Source: Gemmatimonadales bacterium
Lineage (GTDB): Bacteria; Gemmatimonadota; Gemmatimonadetes; Gemmatimonadales; GWC2-71-9
DNA: 64,000 nt
Reading direction: 5' to 3'
NCBI GenBank assembly: GCA_038321865.1
Contig: JBBQFH010000015.1
Span: 1-64,000 of the forward strand
Under the pieces are notes generated by a model, which was not told the DNA's origin, searched no databases, and saw only the letters and a program-made list of their open reading frames with translations. The position numbers were made by a program, and so were the translations under genes. Shown piece by piece: positions 43,439-52,543 of this stretch. Every line of letters starts with the position of its first letter. The stretch's first letter is position 1.

Positions 43439-45816
43439 TCACATCACGTTGCGCACCCCCGGTGGCAGAATCCACCGGGCCTCCAGCGCCTTGAAGCGGG
43501 GATCTTCGCGCACGGGATCGTAGATCGGGTCCATCGGCGCGAGCGGGTCGTGCTCGTCGCAGGCCCGCTCGAACCAGCTGAAAAATTTGTCCCGGTCGCC
43601 CAGGCCCAGGTAGATCAAGGCCATATGCCCCGCGAGGACGAATCGTTCCCCCCGCGATTGGTCGAGCAGTTCGCTCAGCGCCCGCTGCGCCTCGGGCCGC
43701 CGATTGCACATGGCGTACACATAGCCGCGAGTCGACGCATCGCTCGGCGTGCTGGTTTTCACGGCCGAGATCTGCGCCAGCGCCGCTCCGCATCGCTTCT
43801 GGAGCACGTACACATAGGCGAGCATGTCGTGCGCAAACGCGGCCGCCGGGCTCAACTCGAGCGTTCGCTCCAGCTGCGCGGCGGCTCTATCGTAGTTGCG
43901 GGCAAACACGTACATCGAGCCCAGCCGCGCGCTGATGACGACCGACCGGGGAGACAGGCGGAGCGCCTGCTGCGCCTCGGCGATCGCCTGCGGAAATTGA
44001 TGGCGATGCGCGTGACTCCAGGCCAGGAACAGATGGGTGTCAGCGTAGCTCGAATCGAGCGCGAGCGCGGTGTCGAGCTGGGCCCGCGCCGCCACATCGT
44101 TCCGTTCCCCTGCTGCAGGATGATGGCAAGCGAGGTATGCGCCTCGGCGCTCGTGGGATCGAGCTCGAGCGCCCGGAGCACCGCGGCCTTGGCCAGGGGC
44201 AGGCCGTCGTTCGGCTCCAGACAGCAGAAGAAGGACATGAACGCGTAGACGTCCCCCCGACCGGCCCACGCCTTGGCATACGTCGAGTCACGCCGGATGG
44301 CTTCGTCGAACGACTTCAACGCTTCGTCGAGGTGCTCCCGGCTCGCCAGGATCAGGCGGCCGCGGAAGTACGCCTCCTGCGCGGCGACGTCCGTCGTGCC
44401 GTGATTCACGACCAGCCGCCGCGTCTGCTCCGCGACCCGGCCCTGCAACGAGGTGACGATGGCAAGCACGATCGAGTCCTGCAGCGCGAACGACAGCGCG
44501 CCCTTCGCTTCGTAGCGGCCGGTCCATTCCTGATTGCCGTTGGCGGCGTTGAGCAACTGGGCGTCGATCCGCAGGCTGTCGCCGGTGCTCGTCCGCCGGA
44601 GCGTACCGGTCACCAGGCGCCTGACGTCGAGCGCTCGCCCGATCGAGTCGAGCGAGATGGCGGTGCCTCGGAACGAGAACGCCGCCGCCGGGGCGGTCAC
44701 GCGGAGGCCCGGCACCTTCCGGAGCTCGGTCGCGAGCTCCGCGGCGAGTCCCCGGCTCAGCACGCTGTCGCCGGCGACGGCGCTGAGGTTGTCGAAGGCC
44801 AGCACGGCCAGCCCGCCATTCGACGCCGCGGATGCGGCAGCCCGACCGGATGAGGGCCGATGTGTCACGCTGTACGTCGTCACCGCGACGCCGCCGAGGA
44901 GAAGCGCGGCAAGTGCTGCCCCGATGCCGGCGCGCGAGCGGCGGCGCACCGCGGCCGGGTGCTCGCTCGTCGGCGGCTCCGCCGCGGCCTTCGTCAAGGC
45001 CTCAGCGAAGGCGCGCGCGGTCGGGAATCGATCGGCCGGCGCCTTCTCCAGCGCCTTCCGGACCGCCCGCTCGAGGGCCACCGGGACGCCACGGCGCACC
45101 ATGCAGATCGACGGCATCGGCTCGAGCGCCCGCCGGGCGGCGATCGCCTGGCTGCTGGGGCCGCGGAAGGGCGCCTCGCCGACCAGCATCTCGAACAGCA
45201 CGCATCCGAGCGCGAAGACGTCCGACCGGCCGTCGATGGCAGACTCCCCAGCCCCCTGCTCCGGGCTCATGTACGCCGGCGTGCCGATCGCGAGGCCGGT
45301 CTGCGTCAGCTTTTCGTCGTCGGCCGCCGAGAGCGTGCGGGCAATGCCGAAATCGGCGACGAGCACCTCGCCGTCCGCCAGCAGGATGTTCTCCGGCTTG
45401 ATATCGCGGTGCACCACGCCATGGCTGTGTGCGTACTCGAGCGCGGCGCAGATCGCGGCCGTCAGCGCGACCGCGTCGTCTACCGGCAGCTGTCGCTCGC
45501 GGTCCATGCGGGCGCGGAGCGACTCCCCGGCCACATAGGGCATGACGTAATAGAGGAGCTCTCCGGTGGTGCCGGAGTCGTGGATGGCGAGAATGCGGGG
45601 ATGGCTGAGGCGGGCGGTGAGCTCGATCTCGCGGAGAAACCGCTCGGCGCCGAGGGCGGCGGAGAGCTCCGGCCGGAGCACCTTGATGGCGACCGGACGG
45701 CGGTGCTTCAGATCCTGGGCGAGATAGACATAGGCCATCCCGCCCCGGCCGAGCTCACGCTCGAGCGTGTAGCGGCCGTCGAGGGAATGACCGAGTGCTG
45801 CAGCAATGTCGGTCAC
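43439..45816 (-). pseudogene. K12: paralogue of K11 with a -1 frameshift in a G run at 44107-44110
   Basis: K11 reads IILQQGEKNDV. Here the sequence is CAG CAG GGG AAC GG..., and adding one G restores QQGERNDV and joins ORFs 43852-45816 and 43439-44269. Confidence 0.82.
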
Positions 45817-45862
45817 GAACGCTCACTGTCGACCGGCATCGGCCCTCGGCGGAATGGTAGCG

Positions 45863-46966
45863 TTACAGCGGCAACGTATAACCCACGAAGACCAAGTAAT
45901 TGGCGAAATCGCCGCCGATCGGATGGCCCGGTGCCGGGTTCGGCGCCGCGGCAGCGGCGGCGACATCGGCCTTCGACCTGGCAGCAAGGCGAACGGGCAC
46001 GCTGATGGTGAACACGCCGCGGCCGAGACCGGTGGAGAGCCCTGGGTCGAGATACCAGGTGTGGCCGACGCGCCGGACGCCGTCGTCGGCACCGCCGATC
46101 AGATCCTTCATCGGGATCCCGTCGAGTCGCGCGCCCAGGCTGAGCGAGAGCCGGCGTGCCTGCGACAGGGCGTAGGCTGCGCCGAAGCGCGCGGAATACA
46201 CGTCGGGCACGGACCAGAGAATGCCCTGGGGTAATCCGTCCACGTTGGGGAACGCCTCGACGTTCGTCTTCTTTCTGGGATTCAGCAGATAGGATCCCGC
46301 CACGTAGCCGGAGAGCCCGCCCGTAATCTGGTGGAAGCCCTGGGCGTTCAGCAGGATTCCCCAGCCACCATCGCCAAGCTGAATCGCCTGCGTGTTGGGA
46401 AACCGGACTGCCGAGCCGTCCTTGGCGTAGTAATTCCCCAGCACGTGATTGCTCCCGGTCGGCGCCTTCACGCCCAATCCGACCTCGATGTTGCCTGACG
46501 TGTTCACCGGATTCATCAACCACAGCGAGCCGACCAGGTTGATGTCGCCAATCCCGATCTGTGAGTTCGAGTGGCGGAGTTGATCCGGGTAAGCAAGCTC
46601 CGCACGGCCGCTGATGAACGGAACCGTGAGGGCCATGCTGAACCGCGAGGTCAGCCCGTAAAACAGCGACAGATTCAGCGACGTAATGTTGAGGTCGATC
46701 GGCTGGCCTCCAGGCGCCTTGGTGAGGTCCTGGCTGGAGCCCACGAAGAACTGATTCGCCGCCACTCGCCGGCCGGCTATGGCGAGTTGCCACTGATGCT
46801 GCCGGATGATTTCGGAGGTCTGTCCGCCGAGATTGGGCGTGAGGAAGCGGATCGGCTCGCACCCCTGGCCGTGAAGCGCGCCCGGGAGCGCGGCGCTGAG
46901 CCACAACGCGAACAACGGCCCGGCGGCGAATGCTGAGGACCGCCCGCAACGAGGGTGATTCTTCAT
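45863..46966 (-). CDS. Putative outer-membrane beta-barrel ('transporter', MetA-pathway-like)
   Basis: Signal peptide; GIGDINL...GLGVKAPTG...QLGDG motifs; amphipathic strands; C-terminal FVGYTLPL. Confidence 0.65.
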   Translation of the reverse strand: MKNHPRCGRSSAFAAGPLFALWLSAALPGALHGQGCEPIRFLTPNLGGQTSEIIRQHQWQLAIAGRRVAANQFFVGSSQDLTKAPGGQPIDLNITSLNLSLFYGLTSRFSMALTVPFISGRAELAYPDQLRHSNSQIGIGDINLVGSLWLMNPVNTSGNIEVGLGVKAPTGSNHVLGNYYAKDGSAVRFPNTQAIQLGDGGWGILLNAQGFHQITGGLSGYVAGSYLLNPRKKTNVEAFPNVDGLPQGILWSVPDVYSARFGAAYALSQARRLSLSLGARLDGIPMKDLIGGADDGVRRVGHTWYLDPGLSTGLGRGVFTISVPVRLAARSKADVAAAAAAPNPAPGHPIGGDFANYLVFVGYTLPL

Positions 46967-47026
46967 GTGCAGCTCCTTCGCTCGTACGCTGCTGGTCGGG
47001 CCGTGCGTGCCACCGACACCCGCGCT

Positions 47027-47545
47027 CTACGGCATCGCGACCAGCTCGCGTAGCCGACTGTCGAGCAGTTTTGCAGGCATGGGACCGTTCTGAACAAATC
47101 GTACGATGCCCTGCCGGTCTACCAGCACCGTCGCAGGCAGCCAGATCACGCCGTAGGCCCGGCTTACGCGGCTCTTCCGATCCAGCGGGATCGGAAATGG
47201 AATCTGCAGGCTCGCGACGAACTTCCGCACGTGGCGCAGCGATTCCTGGTCGGTCAGATTGATCGCGAGGATGCGCAGGCTGTCGGCGGCGTAGCGTGAC
47301 TGCTCCGCGGCCAGCTCAGGCATTTCAGTTCTGCAATCCAGGCACCAGCTCGCCCAGAAACTGATGACGACGGGATGGCCGCGTTGCGCCGCGAGAGTGG
47401 CGGTGTCGCCAGCCAGGGTGAGGAGCGCGAACTCGGGGGCGGCACCGCCGGCGGCCACCCCGCCGTGCTTCTGCGCGGTGAGGGGCGCCGCGAGAAGCCA
47501 GAGGAGCCCGAAACTGCCTAGGGCCAGCCGCCCGCCCGCGTTCAC
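47027..47545 (-). CDS. TlpA-family thiol-disulfide oxidoreductase (WCLDC), paralogue of 42874-43389
   Basis: FWASWCLDC; long identical stretches with the other copy. Confidence 0.9.
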   Translation of the reverse strand: MNAGGRLALGSFGLLWLLAAPLTAQKHGGVAAGGAAPEFALLTLAGDTATLAAQRGHPVVISFWASWCLDCRTEMPELAAEQSRYAADSLRILAINLTDQESLRHVRKFVASLQIPFPIPLDRKSRVSRAYGVIWLPATVLVDRQGIVRFVQNGPMPAKLLDSRLRELVAMP

Positions 47546-47616
47546 AGCTCCAACATCGTGCAGCGGGGGGGAATGTCAATAGGGAGATGGGCGGCAGCGG
47601 CCGCGGCCTGATTCCT

Positions 47617-48387
47617 CTAGTCTTCGGGCGGCGCCGGCCTGGGTCGCCCGCGGCGCAGCCGCCGCGGGCGGGGTGGATCGGGATCGGTGACCAGCCGGAG
47701 TCCGGGCGGGCGCACGTCGGGCTCGTCCAGATCCGCGGTGGATCCCGGGCTCTCCCACTCGAGCAGCTCGCGCTCCAGCTCGACGATGAGATCCTCCTGC
47801 GAGTCGAGCTCGGCCCAGGCGTAGCGCCATCCTTCGACCAGCAGCCGTTCGCGATGCTCGGCGTCCGCCCAGTACTCCCGTGAGGCCAGGTAGGCGGAGT
47901 TCCAGTCGGTGACGCCGCTCCGCGCGGCGTAGGTGTAGAGCATCCGCGCGGTCGCGTGGGGCGGCAGGTGCACCCAGGCGGGCACCGACGGGCCGGGACC
48001 GCCGCTCAGCGCGGCCGCGACCACGGCCACCACCGGCAGCGGAGGTACCGCTTTCTCCAGCCACTTGAGCGCCAGCTCGGCTTCGGAGATCCCGGGGTGC
48101 AGCTTCCGCTCGATCCAGCTGTCGGCGAGCGTGTGGGACAACTCGCTGCCGTGGGTGGACGCAAAGGCGCCGGCGCGCATGGCGGCGACGCGGGCGGCCC
48201 GCGCCGTGAGGTCCGGCTCGGTCGCCAGCAGGGCGAGATCGGCGTCGAGCTGCTCGCGCTCGCCGAGCAGCCACTCGAACTCGCCGAGCCGGAGCACCAT
48301 CGGCGCGAACGGCGCGAGGAGCGGCAGGATCAGCGTGTCGCGCGGCTGCGCGGCGAGCTCTTCGGCGTGGGATTCGGCCCGGGACAT
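47617..48387 (-). CDS. Hypothetical protein
   Basis: ORF filling the intergenic gap with host-like codon usage; no recognised motif. Confidence 0.55.
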   Translation of the reverse strand: MSRAESHAEELAAQPRDTLILPLLAPFAPMVLRLGEFEWLLGEREQLDADLALLATEPDLTARAARVAAMRAGAFASTHGSELSHTLADSWIERKLHPGISEAELALKWLEKAVPPLPVVAVVAAALSGGPGPSVPAWVHLPPHATARMLYTYAARSGVTDWNSAYLASREYWADAEHRERLLVEGWRYAWAELDSQEDLIVELERELLEWESPGSTADLDEPDVRPPGLRLVTDPDPPRPRRLRRGRPRPAPPED

Positions 48388-48503
48388 GGACGCACGATAC
48401 CGACGATCGGGACCCGGCGCCATCGGGACACCCTATCGGACTCGGGAAACCGGACGTAGCATCGGTGGCCGTCCTGTTCCAACCCACACCCTGAGAGGCC
48501 CCC

Positions 48504-48995
48504 ATGCACGTCAGCTCATGTTTCCGCAGAGCGGTTCCGCTCGTGCTCGCCGTCGTCCTCGCCACCCCGGCCGTCCTGCACGCCCAGGGCATCGAGCAGC
48601 CACGCATCCCGCTGCGGACCGCGCTGAACGAGATCTCCGCGCTTCGCGCCAGCTACCAGGAAGCATTCAACAGGAATGACGTCAAGGCCCTCATGGGCAT
48701 GTTCGAGCCGGACGCCGTGATGATCGGGGGAGACGGTGTGGTGCTCAACACCCATTCCGAAATCTCCAAGTCGCTCGAGCGGATGGCGGGGAATGGCGCC
48801 AAGGAAACGATTTCATCGGATCTCGTCCGGGTCTGGGGCCACACGGCGTATGACATGGGCACCGTGAGCGAGACCGGGTCGGACGGCAAGACGCAGGTGA
48901 GCCACTACCTCGTGGTCCTGCGGCGCGGGCTGAAGGAGTGGAACATCAGCAGCCTCGCCGTGGTCCCGGTGATGAGCGGCTCGATGAGCCACTAG
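48504..48995 (+). CDS. Secreted NTF2-like (DUF4440) protein
   Basis: Signal peptide; YQEAFNRND..F..DAV; TAYDMG; YLVVLRR...W. Confidence 0.8.
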   Translation: MHVSSCFRRAVPLVLAVVLATPAVLHAQGIEQPRIPLRTALNEISALRASYQEAFNRNDVKALMGMFEPDAVMIGGDGVVLNTHSEISKSLERMAGNGAKETISSDLVRVWGHTAYDMGTVSETGSDGKTQVSHYLVVLRRGLKEWNISSLAVVPVMSGSMSH

Positions 48996-49849
48996 GCAGG
49001 CAGCGGCGCGCGCGCGGCGATCAGCGTGATGTTGTCGCTGCCGCCGCGCTCGAGCGCCGTGTCCAGCAGCGATCGGCACAACTGCTCCGACGACGTCATC
49101 GCCGCGATCTGATCCCTGATTTCGGCGTTGGTCACGTGCTTGGTCAGCCCGTCGGTGGCGAGCAGGAGGACGCAGCCTCGAGGGATTTCGATCCGGGTGA
49201 CCACTGGCACCGCTTCACTGCTCCCGATCGCGCTCGACAGGATGTGCGTGAACGGCGACTTGGCGGCGCGGTCGGCCGGCAGGATCCCCTGGTCCACCAG
49301 CCCCTGCGCGATGGTCTGGTCCCGCGTCACCTGGGTCAGCTCGCCCTGCAGGTAGCGATAGCAGCGGCTGTCGCCGACCTGCGTGACGTACATCCACGGA
49401 AACACGGCGACCGCCAGCGTGAGGGTGGTCGCCATCTTCGCCTCGGGATCCAGCAGCGCCTTCTCCCGCACCACGGCGTGCGCCTCGAGCGCCGCCGCGG
49501 TCAGCGCTTCGTAGAACTCCTTGTCCGACGCCAGGCCGGCGGCGTGATACGACCGGAACGACGACGCGACGTACTGCGTGATCGTCGCGAGCGCCAGCCG
49601 GCTCGCTTCCCCACCCCCCGACCCGCTGCCCACACCGTCGGCCACCAGCATGTAGGTCGCGATGCGTTCGCCCCGGAGCGGGAGCGCCTCCGCATCGGGA
49701 AGACTGGTGCCGTGGATCACCACCTGCGGATGCACGGTGCAGAGCATGAAGTGGTCCTGATTTTCCTTGCGCACGCGACCGACGTGGGTCAGGCCGAAGA
49801 GATCGAGCTCGGAATCATGCGGGCGTACCCACTGCAGATCTGGAGACAT
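48992..49849 (-). CDS. PP2C-type Ser/Thr protein phosphatase
   Basis: THVGRVRKENQD, VADGVG, VGDSRCY, LATDGL and GGSDNIT motifs. Confidence 0.93.
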   Translation of the reverse strand: MSPDLQWVRPHDSELDLFGLTHVGRVRKENQDHFMLCTVHPQVVIHGTSLPDAEALPLRGERIATYMLVADGVGSGSGGGEASRLALATITQYVASSFRSYHAAGLASDKEFYEALTAAALEAHAVVREKALLDPEAKMATTLTLAVAVFPWMYVTQVGDSRCYRYLQGELTQVTRDQTIAQGLVDQGILPADRAAKSPFTHILSSAIGSSEAVPVVTRIEIPRGCVLLLATDGLTKHVTNAEIRDQIAAMTSSEQLCRSLLDTALERGGSDNITLIAARAPLPA

Positions 49850-49894
49850 GGCGTCGCTCCCTTCAGTCCGGGCTTCAGGGAAATCGGGACCTGC

Positions 49895-52543
49895 TCATGG
49901 CCGCGCGGCCGCCGGGGTGCCGGCCCGGTGGAACAGTGCCGACCAGTGCTGCACGTAGGTCACGGCCAGCGCCGAGGCTGACTGGCGAACGATGTAGCGC
50001 TCGCCGTCGCCCACCACCGCGAAGCCGGTGCCCCCGTCGTCGAAGGTCGAGCGGCGCCAGGTCGGGATGGAGAAACGGGTCCGGGGCGTGGCCGAGCTGG
50101 TCGCCCCGGCGCCGACCGCGACATCCTGCACCCGCCCATCCGGCGTCACGAACAGAACCCGGCGGCCGCCGTCCACCCAGGCGGGCCAGCGCCCGCCTTC
50201 CAGCGACACCCGCAGCGGCAGCCCCGATGGCAGCGCCTGCAGGTACACCTCGGCGCGGCCGGTTTCGTCGGAGCTGTACGCAACCGCGCGGCCATCGGGC
50301 GAGATGTGCCCCTCCCAGACCCGGCCCGGCCGCACGATGTCGCGAGGTGGCGCGCTACCGTCGAGCGCCAGCAGCTCGAGCACCGTGTCGCGCCGCACCA
50401 GCAGGGAGTGCCCGTCGGCCGACCAGTCGAGCGGATACCGGCACATGCTGCTGCTCGTAGTCGAATCCTCCCGGACAATGCGCTCGGCGTCCGTGCGGAG
50501 ATCGCGCTCCATGATCCGGCAGGCGTTGAGCCCGACCAGCGCGAAGACCAGACGGGTGCCGTCCTCGCTGAACACTGGCCAGGTGGTGCCCAGTCCCACG
50601 CCGGCCGTCGAGAACGCCGAGTCACGGACGGGCAGCCTGGTCGCGCGGTTCGCATCGAGATCGTAGAGCCAGAGGCCGACGACGTTCCCGGCGACGGCGA
50701 CGACGGGACTCCCGGCTGGGCGCCGGCGCATGCCGACGGTCCAGGTCCCTTCGACCCGCACCGTATCCCTGAGCAGTCCGCTTCCATCGTAGACCAGGTA
50801 GGGCCGGTCCCGGCCGCCCATCAGGAACGCCATCGCGTCGCTCGACGACACCGCGAAGGTGGGAATCCCGGCCTGATTGCGCACCTCCGAGGCCAGCCGG
50901 ACCACTGGCCCCTCGAACTTCAGGGTGTGCAGGTCGAGTTGCTGCGCATCGAGCGCACGCGCATCCGTCCTGCCGGGAGCGACCAGGTATCCCGACGGCA
51001 CGATGGCAAAATCGGACGCCGGCATCGGAATGGAGTCGATCGTCTTCCCGTCGAGACCGGCGGCGATCAGCCCAAGCTGGCGGCCGCGTGAATAGATGAA
51101 GCGGCGGCCGTCCGGCAGGAATGCGGCCCTTGGTGCGGGCCAGTTGCCGCGCGCGACCACGCGCCGGCAGTCGCCGCCATCGGCGGGAACTATCGACACG
51201 CCCTCGCGGTGGCCGAACACGATGATACCCCTCGAACCCCATGAGCCGCTGGTCGCGCCGGTCACGGGACAGAGGCGCCGGATGTCACCGTTCTCGTCCG
51301 CGATGGAAAGAAACCCGCCGGCAAAGAAGCCAAGCGACCGGCCGTCCGGCGACCAGAATGGTGCGTCGGCTCCGGTGGTCTGCGGAACGGCTTCGGCGTC
51401 GAGGCGGTCGAGCCGCCTGATCCACAGCGTCCGCGAGCCGTTCGCGGCGGCGAAGACGAAGGCGAGCCGGCGGCCGTCCGGCGAGAGCGCCACGCTGCGC
51501 TGTTCGCCGAAGTTGCCGCCGGCCGGCGGGAGAATCGACGTCAGCGTGAGCGCAGCGTCCGCCGCTGCCGGCCGGCGCAGCGCCGCGGCCGCCCATCCCG
51601 CCGCCACGCCGGCGGCGCCCAGCGCGTCCCAGGCCGCGGCGCGCGTCCAGGAGCGTGCCGGCGCCGCGGGAGGTGGCAGGCGCCGTGACGCCGTGCCCCC
51701 GGAGGCCGGGGAAGGCGCGCGCAGCGCCGTGGCGAACTCCGCCGCGGTGGCGAACCGGTCGGCGGGCAGCTTCTCCAGGGCGCGGAGCACGGCGGCTTCG
51801 ACGGCCTCCGGCACCGCCTTACGCTGGGCCGCGAGGCCGCGCGGCTCCTCGGTGATCAGCCGCGCCACGATGGCCTGGACGCTCGGTCCGGTGAACGGCG
51901 GTTCTCCCACCAGCATCTCGTAGGTCACCGCGCCGAGCGCGTAGATGTCGCTCCTGGCGTCGATGGCCCGCTCACCCATCGCCTGTTCGGGCGACATGTA
52001 TTGCGGCGTGCCGAGGGACAGACCGGTCTGCGTCATCCGCTGGCCGGCAGCGGTCTGGACGGCGAGCGCGATCCCGAAGTCGGCCACCAGCGCGTGGCCG
52101 CCCTGGAGCAGGATGTTCTCCGGCTTGATGTCCCGGTGGATGATGCCGAGGCCGTGGGCGTAGCCCAGCGCGTCGGCCACCTCGCGGGCGACGAGGATCG
52201 CGTCGTCGATCGGCAGCTGCCGCTCGCGCTCGAGCCGCGCGCGCAGCGTCTCCCCGGTGACGAGCGGCATCACGTAGAAGAGGAGGCCGTCGGCGTCGCC
52301 CGAATCGAGCAGCGGCAGGATGTGCGGGTGCTGCAGGCGTGCGGTGGTGCGGATCTCGGACAAAAAGCGGTCGCCGCCGAGCGCGGCGCCGAGGTCGGGA
52401 TGCAGCACCTTGATCGCGACGTCGCGCTCGTGGCGGCGGTCGTGGGCGAGATAGACGGTGGCCATGCCGCCTTGGCCGAGCTCGCGATCGATGCGGTAGC
52501 GGTCGCTGAGGGCGGAGGTGAGCCGAATCAGGACGTCCGTCAC
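49895..52543 (-). CDS. K13: Ser/Thr kinase-TM-beta-propeller
   Basis: GTG start overlaps the K14 stop (GTGA); kinase motifs; SPDG repeats. Confidence 0.92.
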   Translation of the reverse strand: MTDVLIRLTSALSDRYRIDRELGQGGMATVYLAHDRRHERDVAIKVLHPDLGAALGGDRFLSEIRTTARLQHPHILPLLDSGDADGLLFYVMPLVTGETLRARLERERQLPIDDAILVAREVADALGYAHGLGIIHRDIKPENILLQGGHALVADFGIALAVQTAAGQRMTQTGLSLGTPQYMSPEQAMGERAIDARSDIYALGAVTYEMLVGEPPFTGPSVQAIVARLITEEPRGLAAQRKAVPEAVEAAVLRALEKLPADRFATAAEFATALRAPSPASGGTASRRLPPPAAPARSWTRAAAWDALGAAGVAAGWAAAALRRPAAADAALTLTSILPPAGGNFGEQRSVALSPDGRRLAFVFAAANGSRTLWIRRLDRLDAEAVPQTTGADAPFWSPDGRSLGFFAGGFLSIADENGDIRRLCPVTGATSGSWGSRGIIVFGHREGVSIVPADGGDCRRVVARGNWPAPRAAFLPDGRRFIYSRGRQLGLIAAGLDGKTIDSIPMPASDFAIVPSGYLVAPGRTDARALDAQQLDLHTLKFEGPVVRLASEVRNQAGIPTFAVSSSDAMAFLMGGRDRPYLVYDGSGLLRDTVRVEGTWTVGMRRRPAGSPVVAVAGNVVGLWLYDLDANRATRLPVRDSAFSTAGVGLGTTWPVFSEDGTRLVFALVGLNACRIMERDLRTDAERIVREDSTTSSSMCRYPLDWSADGHSLLVRRDTVLELLALDGSAPPRDIVRPGRVWEGHISPDGRAVAYSSDETGRAEVYLQALPSGLPLRVSLEGGRWPAWVDGGRRVLFVTPDGRVQDVAVGAGATSSATPRTRFSIPTWRRSTFDDGGTGFAVVGDGERYIVRQSASALAVTYVQHWSALFHRAGTPAAARP

